The position numbers and the translations under genes are program-made. DNA of 27,823 nt from a virus (lineage: Duplodnaviria; Caudoviricetes): the IMG/VR virus record IMGVR_UViG_3300030372_000610, positions 1-27,823 of that record, one strand, 5' to 3'. The notes beneath the pieces are model-generated. The model was given only the letters and a program-made list of their open reading frames with translations, searched no databases and was not told the origin of the DNA. Shown piece after piece: positions 1 through 7,112 of this stretch (positions within the stretch are counted from its first letter, which is position 1; each line of letters begins with the position of its first letter).

Positions 1-212
1 CACCATTGTTTGAGGCAGGTATGGTATGGGCACCAGAGAAAAGTTTCTCGGAGGAAGTGATTGAAGAGTGTGCAGCATTTCCACATGGTGACTATGATGA
101 TTATGTTGACAGTATGACAATGGCTTTGATACGTTTTCGTCAGGGAGGTTTTATATCTCTTGATGGCGAAGAAGAAGATGAATGGTATCCAAGGAAGAAG
201 GAGTATTACTGA
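1..212 (+). CDS. terL: Terminase large subunit, C-terminal end (5' truncated)
   Basis: Frame is open from the window edge. EECAAFPHGDYDDYVDSMTMAL matches the FP-x-G-x-(H/Y)-DD-x-VD nuclease C-terminus of phage terminases, and the gene lies just upstream of the portal. Confidence 0.9.
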   Translation, partial: PLFEAGMVWAPEKSFSEEVIEECAAFPHGDYDDYVDSMTMALIRFRQGGFISLDGEEEDEWYPRKKEYY

Positions 213-565
213 TGGGCAATGAAAAATATAAACCATATAAGTCAGCTTTTTTAAATAGCATTTATGGCACAGGTGAAATAGGAAAAGCTTTATCACAGAA
301 GAATAGATTAGGTCCTGCATCTTTAAGTGATCGTCAAAAAAAGATTGTTGACTTAATTAGGATAGAAATGAGCAAAATAGGTTCTCCAGGTGTAGAGGGA
401 CAAAACATAAAAAGTCAACCAGGAGGAGCAAGGTTTACAACTCCTTTGGGTAGATTTACTGGAATGAAACTTCCTCCTAAAAAATTAATGAATGAGGGTG
501 GTATAGTAAAAGGTGCAAAAGGCGGTTTTATAAGACAAAGATCTAAACAAGTGAGGATATTCTAA
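212..565 (+). CDS. Basic hypothetical protein with C-terminal GG motifs
   Basis: Likely start is the ATG at 212 (TGATG overlap with terL, AGGAG upstream) rather than 182. Ends MNEGGIVKGAKGGFIRQRSKQVRIF, and the stop overlaps the portal ATG. Confidence 0.75.
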   Translation: MGNEKYKPYKSAFLNSIYGTGEIGKALSQKNRLGPASLSDRQKKIVDLIRIEMSKIGSPGVEGQNIKSQPGGARFTTPLGRFTGMKLPPKKLMNEGGIVKGAKGGFIRQRSKQVRIF

Positions 566-2946
566 TGGCAGAAATACCTATCGGACCTGGTGGTCCAGAG
601 GAAGAAGAACTTCCTCAAGTTGAAATGGAGATTGCATCACCAGAGGAATTTGAAGGTGGTGTCGATGTTACAGAAGATGGACAGGGTGGAGCTATTCTTG
701 AAGCGTTAATGGGTGGCGAAGGTATGGAAGTTGAAACCGAAGTCTATGACCACAATGCTAATCTGGCAGATGTCCTTGATGATGGTATTTTAGGTGAGAT
801 GTCAAGTGAATTAAGAGGACTGTATGAAGAAGACAGTGACACACGGGCAGAGTGGGAAGAAGGATATGTTAAGGGTCTTGATCTTTTAGGTATTAAGTAT
901 GAAGAGAGAACACAGCCATTTGCTGGTGCATCTGGTGTAACACATCCGTTGATTGCAGAATCAGTAACCCAGTTCCAGGCACAATGCTACAAGGAACTTT
1001 TACCAGCAGGTGGTCCAGTAAAAACACAGATTATAGGAATGAAAGACCAGGCACGAGAGGAACAGGCAACTCGTGTCAAGGACTTTATGAACTACCAGAT
1101 CACAGAGGTGATGGAGGAGTTTGATACTGACACAGACCAGATGCTTTTTTATCTGCCGTTGTCTGGTTCTACATTTAAGAAAGTTTATTATGATCCGTTG
1201 AAGCAACGTGCGGTCGCCATGTTTATACCAGCTGAAGACATGGTTATACCTTATTCTGCCACGGACATTGCAACTTCAAGCCGTGTGACACATGTACTAC
1301 GAATGGATGAAAACCAAGTTCGTAAGATGCAGGTTGCAGGTGAGTATAGAGATATTGAGTTATCATCTTCTTATGATGATTCAGATGGTTCTGTTAAGGA
1401 AAAGGTTAGAGAGCTTGACGGAACAGATAAATCACATACCGATGATATTTACACAATTCTTGAGATGCATGTTGATTTGGACATCGAAGGATTTGAGGAC
1501 AGAGATCCGATGGGCGAACCAACGGGTGTAAAATTACCATACATTGTGACTCTCGACAAAGGTAGTGGTGAAATTCTGTCCATACGAAGAAACTTTATGG
1601 CTGACGATCCCCTCAAAAGAAAACGTCAGTATTTTGTGCATTATAAGTTTCTTCCAGGTCTAGGGTTTTACGGATTCGGTTTGATACATATGATTGGCGG
1701 TTTGGGTCGGGCTGCCACCAGTATCTTAAGGCAGTTAATCGATTCTGGAACTCTGGCTAACCTACCTGCTGGTTTTAAGGCAAGAGGATTAAGAATACGA
1801 AATGATGATGAACCTCTCAACCCAGGCGAGTTCAGAGATATTGACGCACCTGGTGGTGATATCAGAAGTTCGATTATACCTCTTCCATTCAAAGAACCAT
1901 CTGGAACACTGGCACAGCTTTTGGGGTCTTTGATTGATGCTGGTCGGAGATTTGTTTCTATTGCAGACCAGCAGGTAGGACAAAACATGGGCAAGGAGAT
2001 GCCTGTAGGTACAACAGTTGCACTGCTTGAACGTGGCATGAAAGTTATGTCAGCAATCCACAAACGATTGCATTATGCACAGAAACAGGAGTTTCGTTTA
2101 CTTGCATCGATACTGGCAGAAAATTTACCACCAGAATATCCTTATGATGTCAGTGGTGGCAACAGACAAGTTAAACAAACAGATTTTGATGGACGTATTG
2201 ATATTGTACCAGTATCAGATCCAAACATATTTTCGATGGCACAAAGGGTGACTTTGGCACAGACACAGTTGCAGTTAGCACAGTCAAATCCACAAGTTCA
2301 CAATTTGTATCAAGCATATCGTAGAATGTATCTTGCTTTGGAGGTGCAGAATATAGATGAGGTTCTCCCTCCTCCACCACAGCCACAGCCGTTGGATCCC
2401 GCAATTGAAAACGCTAGGGCGTTGATGGGCGAGTTATTGCAGGCATTTCCAGAGCAAGACCATGACTCACATGTCAGTATGCATGTTTCTTTTATGAAGC
2501 TGCCAGTTGTCCAATCTTCGCCACAAGTTTATGGTGTATTCATATCACATGTTATGGAACATATTTCATTGAAAGCAAGGGCAATGGCACAACAGGAATT
2601 ACAACAAATGCAAATGCAGGGTATGCCTGTTGATCAAGCATCAATGGATATGAAAATATCACAAATACAACTTGAGTTAACAAATGCTATGATGCCGAAC
2701 TTAATACCACCGCCACCAGGTCCAGATCCACTTGTTCAGATTAGACAGCAAGAACTTGCGATTAAACAACAGCAAGAGCAGAACAAGACACAAACTGATG
2801 CAGAAAGACTTGATATTGAAAGACAAAGATTACAGCAACAAGCTGTGACGGATTCTGCAAGACTTGAACTGCAAGAAGATATTGCCGAGGAAAGGAATCA
2901 AGTGAATCGAGAGCGTATCGCTGCTCAATCTGCTAGAGGTCAATGA
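565..2946 (+). CDS. Portal protein (long, P22-like, with C-terminal Gln-rich coiled coil)
   Basis: 793 aa following terL. Contains HPLIAESVTQFQA, LPLSGSTFKKVYYD and FLPGLGFYGFGLIH motifs typical of this portal class, Pro-rich linkers and a coiled-coil tail. Confidence 0.9.
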   Translation: MAEIPIGPGGPEEEELPQVEMEIASPEEFEGGVDVTEDGQGGAILEALMGGEGMEVETEVYDHNANLADVLDDGILGEMSSELRGLYEEDSDTRAEWEEGYVKGLDLLGIKYEERTQPFAGASGVTHPLIAESVTQFQAQCYKELLPAGGPVKTQIIGMKDQAREEQATRVKDFMNYQITEVMEEFDTDTDQMLFYLPLSGSTFKKVYYDPLKQRAVAMFIPAEDMVIPYSATDIATSSRVTHVLRMDENQVRKMQVAGEYRDIELSSSYDDSDGSVKEKVRELDGTDKSHTDDIYTILEMHVDLDIEGFEDRDPMGEPTGVKLPYIVTLDKGSGEILSIRRNFMADDPLKRKRQYFVHYKFLPGLGFYGFGLIHMIGGLGRAATSILRQLIDSGTLANLPAGFKARGLRIRNDDEPLNPGEFRDIDAPGGDIRSSIIPLPFKEPSGTLAQLLGSLIDAGRRFVSIADQQVGQNMGKEMPVGTTVALLERGMKVMSAIHKRLHYAQKQEFRLLASILAENLPPEYPYDVSGGNRQVKQTDFDGRIDIVPVSDPNIFSMAQRVTLAQTQLQLAQSNPQVHNLYQAYRRMYLALEVQNIDEVLPPPPQPQPLDPAIENARALMGELLQAFPEQDHDSHVSMHVSFMKLPVVQSSPQVYGVFISHVMEHISLKARAMAQQELQQMQMQGMPVDQASMDMKISQIQLELTNAMMPNLIPPPPGPDPLVQIRQQELAIKQQQEQNKTQTDAERLDIERQRLQQQAVTDSARLELQEDIAEERNQVNRERIAAQSARGQ

Positions 2947-3425
2947 TCGATCCAATCACATTGTCTGCTGCTGTCACTGGAGCAACTGCTGCCTATAATG
3001 GCATAAAAAAAGCCATCTACATGGGTCGTGAAATTGAGGATTTATCGAGTCAATTGTCAACGTGGATGAAAGCTGTAAGTGACGTAGACAACATTCACAA
3101 AAACGCCAGTAACCCTTCAACATTTGATAAATTATTCAACGGCTCTGTTGAAGAAGTAGCGATAGAAAGTTTTGCCAGTAAAAAGAAACTGGCAAAACAA
3201 AGAGAAGATCTTAAAAATTTTCTTGTGGCTCATTATGGAATGACGGCATGGGATGATCTTATTCGTGAAGAAGGACGAATACGCAAGGCACGACAAACAG
3301 CAGTGTATGCAAAACAGGCACAACAACGCATGATAAGAGATTACACTATTATGGGTGTTGCCTGTTTAATAGGTTTCTCTGCTCTTGGTTGGATGATCTG
3401 GATTATAAGCAAAAGCGTAGAGTAA
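2943..3425 (+). CDS. Hypothetical protein with coiled coil and C-terminal TM segment
   Basis: ATGA overlap with the portal. MIDPITLSAAV-type N-terminus and hydrophobic C-terminus IMGVACLIGFSALGWMIWII. Confidence 0.8.
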   Translation: MIDPITLSAAVTGATAAYNGIKKAIYMGREIEDLSSQLSTWMKAVSDVDNIHKNASNPSTFDKLFNGSVEEVAIESFASKKKLAKQREDLKNFLVAHYGMTAWDDLIREEGRIRKARQTAVYAKQAQQRMIRDYTIMGVACLIGFSALGWMIWIISKSVE

Positions 3426-3430
3426 TAATT

Positions 3431-3724
3431 ATGTTATATAATTTAATTTATTATTTTTTATTATTTTTTTGTTTTGCTTCTATACTGGCAATAGTTGTGT
3501 TTGCTAGAGAAAAAGATATAACAACTTGCAGATTGGCAAAACAATTATTAGAAGATAAAACTAGAGTTTGTGTTTATGTTGGAGCAAACTATACGCAATG
3601 GAACGAATTTGTACCAATAGCTGCAGGTGAATGTCCAAGAGAAATACAATGTAAGTACAGGCCCAATGAGAAACCATTTACGCTTAAAAACGTAATAAAA
3701 AGCATAAAGGACAGTTTTAAATGA
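3431..3724 (+). CDS. Secreted or membrane-anchored protein with 4 Cys in the soluble part
   Basis: Likely start is ATG 3431. N-terminal hydrophobic segment, then TCRL...VCVY...ECPREIQC. Stop overlaps the next ATG. Confidence 0.7.
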   Translation: MLYNLIYYFLLFFCFASILAIVVFAREKDITTCRLAKQLLEDKTRVCVYVGANYTQWNEFVPIAAGECPREIQCKYRPNEKPFTLKNVIKSIKDSFK

Positions 3725-4050
3725 GCAAAAAATTACAAAAAGGCAGTCAATATGAAAAATTTGATTTAGATGGTGACGGCATTGTAAGTGACCAGGAACT
3801 CTCACGATCTGAGCATATGATACGTCTTGAGAACTCTGATAAAATGCAAGATCAACAGCGTATGCTTTGCTGGGTATCATCTGTATCATCAATCATTTTA
3901 ATAGTGTTGGTTATGTCTCCTGTTATACCAGACACAAGAGTTGAGATGGTTACGGCTTTACTTTCGACATATGTTGTGGCAAATTTAGGTATCGTTGCTA
4001 CTTTTATGGGTACAACAGCTTTTACAAGGTCGAAAGAAAATGGTAAATGA
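3721..4050 (+). CDS. Two-TM membrane protein with N-terminal EF-hand-like loop (holin-like)
   Basis: DLDGDGIVSDQE is a canonical 12-residue EF-hand loop, followed by two hydrophobic helices. ATGA overlaps at both ends. Confidence 0.75.
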   Translation: MSKKLQKGSQYEKFDLDGDGIVSDQELSRSEHMIRLENSDKMQDQQRMLCWVSSVSSIILIVLVMSPVIPDTRVEMVTALLSTYVVANLGIVATFMGTTAFTRSKENGK

Positions 4051-4241
4051 CATGGCTACTCGTAGTTTTTCTGTCTGGAACAGTTCAAGAAAGTGTCTAC
4101 TTCAGTGATTTGGACTCGTGCCTTAGAATTGCAGCGAAAATTAGAGCACAAAACTACGATCCATCACTCGCAGGAGACAGTAAAATCTGGGTCAAGGCTT
4201 ATTGCGTACCTAAAACAGTACCTAAAGAGAAAGGACAATGA
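4047..4241 (+). CDS. Small hypothetical protein (hydrophobic N-terminus, 2 Cys)
   Basis: ATGA coupling. MTWLLVVFL...F...DSC...AYCVP pattern. Confidence 0.7.
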   Translation: MTWLLVVFLSGTVQESVYFSDLDSCLRIAAKIRAQNYDPSLAGDSKIWVKAYCVPKTVPKEKGQ

Positions 4242-4271
4242 AGACCCAAAATATTTGCAGGGTAAAAATAA

Positions 4272-4469
4272 ATGATGGAACAAACAGTCAGTGATGTAGA
4301 AAATTTTACCAAAAACGTCACTTTTGGTGGCGGAGGTAGTGATTTAGAGGCTGGAATACAGTTTATTTACGATATGAGAGAACATTTAGTGGATATTGGC
4401 ATTGCAACAGTGTATGGTTTAGCTGTATATGCCATTTTTTTGTGGATAACTAAGAAAATAAAGGGGTAA
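4272..4469 (+). CDS. Small membrane protein (C-terminal TM)
   Basis: IGIATVYGLAVYAIFLWI followed by a basic tail. Fills the gap in the operon. Confidence 0.65.
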   Translation: MMEQTVSDVENFTKNVTFGGGGSDLEAGIQFIYDMREHLVDIGIATVYGLAVYAIFLWITKKIKG

Positions 4470-4471
4470 TT

Positions 4472-4726
4472 ATGGCAAAAGACGCTTGTTATTATAAAGT
4501 TAAGTCACGTTATAGGGTTTTTCCAAGTGCTTATGCCTCTGGAGCGATTGCAAAATGCAGAAAAGTTGGTGCTGCTAACTATGGAAAGTCATCTTCAAAG
4601 AAGAAGAAGAGAAAAACAAGGAAAGCAGCAGAGGGTGGTATCATTACACTACAAAATGGCGGTTTTATAGCTAATGGATGTGGTGTTGTAAGAGAAAATA
4701 GGCGTAAAAAAACAAGGATTTTTTAG
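4472..4726 (+). CDS. Small basic protein (Cys pair, GG motifs)
   Basis: AAGGGG upstream. K/R-rich; DAC...PSAYASGAIAKCRK; ends AAEGGII-LQNGGFI...RRKKTRIF. Confidence 0.8.
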   Translation: MAKDACYYKVKSRYRVFPSAYASGAIAKCRKVGAANYGKSSSKKKKRKTRKAAEGGIITLQNGGFIANGCGVVRENRRKKTRIF

Positions 4727-5019
4727 TGGCTGTACGAAAAACTAAAAAAGGTTTAGCGTTAAAGCGTTGGTTTAAGGAGGATTGGAAAGATGTCCGCACG
4801 GGGAAGGCCTGTGGGAGACGCAAAGGTGAAAAACGGGGTACTCCATATTGTCGCCCCTCGAAAAGGATTTCGTCTAAAACTCCAAAAACCGCAGGAGAAA
4901 TGTCCAAGTCAGAAAAAGCTAAAAGAATCGCTCAGAAGAAGAGGCTAGGTCAACCAGCTGGTAAGCCAAGAAGAGTTCAACCAGCTAGGAGAAAGAAACG
5001 TGGCACGAAAAAGAGATAA
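4726..5019 (+). CDS. Small basic protein (LKRWFKEDW / CGR / YCRP type)
   Basis: GTG start overlapping the TAG. Extremely K/R-rich; resembles conserved basic phage proteins of unknown function. Confidence 0.8.
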   Translation: MAVRKTKKGLALKRWFKEDWKDVRTGKACGRRKGEKRGTPYCRPSKRISSKTPKTAGEMSKSEKAKRIAQKKRLGQPAGKPRRVQPARRKKRGTKKR

Positions 5020-5284
5020 ACAACCACCAAAGACTAAAAAATACTTTCGTTCTACCAAGTCTGGTGCTGGTATGACAAAGGCTGGTGTTGCTAGATATAG
5101 ACGAGAAAATCCAGGCAGTAAATTAAAAACTGCTGTTACTGGTAAAGTTAAAAAGGGTAGTAAGGCCGCTAAGAGACGTAAGTCATTTTGTGCAAGAAGT
5201 GCAGGACAGATGAAGAAGTTTCCAAAGGCAGCTAAAAATCCGAATAGTCGTTTACGACAAGCAAGAAGAAGATGGAAATGTTAA
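5000..5284 (+). CDS. Small basic protein (NPGSKLK / RRKSFCAR / RRWKC type)
   Basis: GTG start with AGGAG upstream. K/R-rich with recognisable conserved phage motifs; function unknown. Confidence 0.8.
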   Translation: MARKRDKQPPKTKKYFRSTKSGAGMTKAGVARYRRENPGSKLKTAVTGKVKKGSKAAKRRKSFCARSAGQMKKFPKAAKNPNSRLRQARRRWKC

Positions 5285-5289
5285 TTTAC

Positions 5290-5333
5290 GGGGAAGGTTC
5301 GCAGGGGTGCTATCCTTCCTCACCAAAGAGGAG
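5290..5333 (+). promoter_or_regulatory. GC-rich leader hairpin / anti-SD switch upstream of the holin
   Basis: GGGGAAGG (5290-5297) pairs with CCTTCCTC (5314-5321). TCCTC can alternatively pair with the SD GAGGA (5328-5332). Confidence 0.5.
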
Positions 5334-5339
5334 AGTAAA

Positions 5340-5765
5340 ATGTTAGGTTTAGGACAGATAATAGGCCCTATAAGTTCTCTTGCTGGAACGTGGTTACAGG
5401 GGCGTGTTGATAAAGCAAAAGCTGAGACAGAAGTAAAAGTAGCCAGAGCCAGAGCGGAAGCGAAGGTTTACGAGACTGAGGCCACAAGTTCAATGTTAAA
5501 TGAACAGGCTCTCACAAATCAAATGGGTGAGAGTTGGAAGGATGAATTTTGGTCACTTATCTTTGGAGCCATATTAGTATGTTGTTTCTTGCCTTGGACT
5601 CAACCATATGTTAAAGAAGGCTTTGTATTTTTAGATCAAAACACACCAAATTGGTTCTCCAACATGTTATATATAATAATAGGGAGTTCATTTGGATACC
5701 GCTTTGGTAAGCAAGGTTTGCAGATGATTAATAAAAGAGGCAACAATGTCAGCCAAAAGAATTAA
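5340..5765 (+). CDS. Putative holin (3TM / GTA-holin-like)
   Basis: GAGGAG SD before ATG 5340. Amphipathic N-terminus, coiled coil, SWKDEFW then a TM helix, P.WF then a TM helix, SFG.R and a basic tail. Confidence 0.65.
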   Translation: MLGLGQIIGPISSLAGTWLQGRVDKAKAETEVKVARARAEAKVYETEATSSMLNEQALTNQMGESWKDEFWSLIFGAILVCCFLPWTQPYVKEGFVFLDQNTPNWFSNMLYIIIGSSFGYRFGKQGLQMINKRGNNVSQKN

Positions 5766-5859
5766 AAAAGTAATCAAAGGTTTAAAAAAAGCATCTAAGA
5801 CACATGCTGCACAAGCTAAAACATTAAAAAGCGTTTTAAGAAAAAGGAGAAAGAAATGA
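5746..5859 (+). CDS. 37-aa basic peptide (absent from the ORF track)
   Basis: AAGAGG SD, ATG 5746, MSAKRIKKVIKGLKKASKTHAAQAKTLKSVLRKRRKK. The TGA overlaps the next ATG (ATGA). Confidence 0.75.
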   Translation: MSAKRIKKVIKGLKKASKTHAAQAKTLKSVLRKRRKK

Positions 5860-6440
5860 GTAACGGAAAAAAAAGAACTAAAAGAACTAAAGGAACTAAA
5901 AGAACTAAAAGGTTTCTTGATACAATAGAAACAATAAACGAAAAAGATATGGTTCGTGATGCTAAGACAGGTAAAGAGATGTCTTATAAGCAATATAGAA
6001 AACTGGAAGATAAACAAGATATCGATGAAGATAAAAAAGAATTTCCTCGTTTAGCTAAAAAAGGATATTTTGGCGAACTACCAAAAAAGAATCGTTTTGG
6101 TAAACAGGTGCAACAAAGGGAAGACAAATCTGTATTTGATTATCAAACCAAAGGCAAACCTATCAAAAAAATTGTTGGAAAAATTAAAAGAGCAATGGGC
6201 ATGAGTGGTTTAAAAGAAGGTGGTGTAGTTGGTAATCAAAAGAAACTTGACATGAATAAAGATGGTAAATTAACTAAAGTTGACTTTCAAATGTTAGGTA
6301 ATAAATCTAAACCATTTAAAGGTAAAATAGATACAGACAAAGAAAAACTTGTTAGCGAAAATGGTAAAACTATGGTTGTTCAAAAAGCTAAAGGTGGATC
6401 AATACAAGTTTCTGGTACTAACTTTTCTGGAGTTTATTAA
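5856..6440 (+). CDS. Basic hypothetical protein with EF-hand-like loop and GG motifs
   Basis: AGGAG SD. KRT repeats, LKEGGVV, DMNKDGKLTKVD, KAKGGSI, ending GTNFSGVY. Confidence 0.8.
   Translation: MSNGKKRTKRTKGTKRTKRFLDTIETINEKDMVRDAKTGKEMSYKQYRKLEDKQDIDEDKKEFPRLAKKGYFGELPKKNRFGKQVQQREDKSVFDYQTKGKPIKKIVGKIKRAMGMSGLKEGGVVGNQKKLDMNKDGKLTKVDFQMLGNKSKPFKGKIDTDKEKLVSENGKTMVVQKAKGGSIQVSGTNFSGVY
5871..5906 (+). repeat. 4 x 9-nt tandem repeat AAA(A/G)GAACT
   Basis: Read directly from the sequence; encodes KRT-KRT-KGT-KRT. Confidence 0.9.
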
Positions 6441-6450
6441 AAAATACAAT

Positions 6451-6663
6451 ATGGATGTTGCAGACTTCGCAAAACATGTGTATAAGATGTTAGAAAGGCG
6501 GGAGCAAGACATTGCTACCATCTTAACATCTGGTGGTATCCAGGATATGGAAAACTACCGACTTCTTGTAGGCGAGATGCAAGGCTTGAACTACGCAAAA
6601 GGAGAAATGAAGTCCTTGTTGGAGAAAAATTACGAAGATGGCGAAGACATTATTAGTACCTGA
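6451..6663 (+). CDS. Small helical hypothetical protein preceding GroES
   Basis: Likely start is ATG 6451, just after the previous stop. Contains YRLLVGEMQGL. Confidence 0.75.
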   Translation: MDVADFAKHVYKMLERREQDIATILTSGGIQDMENYRLLVGEMQGLNYAKGEMKSLLEKNYEDGEDIIST

Positions 6664-7102
6664 CCACATACTTCAGAAGAGAAATAAAGAGAAAGCTTAT
6701 GTTAAGAAGGAGGAGAGAGTATTAGATCCTACGCTTCTTGATAAATCATTTAAAGAAAGATTACCTCAACCAACTGGTTGGAGAATTCTTGTTGCACCTT
6801 ATAAAGGTAAAGAGGTTACTGATAAAGGTGTTATTATACCAGATCAAATACGACAGAGAGAAGCATTAGCAACAGTTGTTGCATATGTATTAAAAGTTGG
6901 GCCTTTAGCGTATCAAGATACGGCTAAGTTTGGACCTGCTGTATTTGAAGAGGATAGAGCTTGGTGCAAGGAAGGAGATTGGATCTGCATAGGTCGATAT
7001 GCAGGTTCACGTTTTTCATTAGAAGATATGGAAGTTCGTGTCATTAACGATGATGAAGTTATTGCCACATTACTCGATCCAGAAGATATTAAACATATAT
7101 AA
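6638..7102 (+). CDS. groES: Co-chaperonin GroES-like protein with N-terminal extension
   Basis: PQPTGWRILV...T.KGVIIPD...VLKVGP...KEGD.I...RYAG...VINDDEVIA is the Cpn10 pattern. Confidence 0.9.
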   Translation: MAKTLLVPDHILQKRNKEKAYVKKEERVLDPTLLDKSFKERLPQPTGWRILVAPYKGKEVTDKGVIIPDQIRQREALATVVAYVLKVGPLAYQDTAKFGPAVFEEDRAWCKEGDWICIGRYAGSRFSLEDMEVRVINDDEVIATLLDPEDIKHI

Positions 7103-7112
7103 GGGATAAAAT

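Noticed and set aside
4238-4294. 18-codon ATGA-coupled mini-ORF MKTQNICRVKINDGTNSQ
   Set aside because: Too short and featureless, and it overlaps ORF 4272 out of frame. It could be a coupling relic but cannot be supported.
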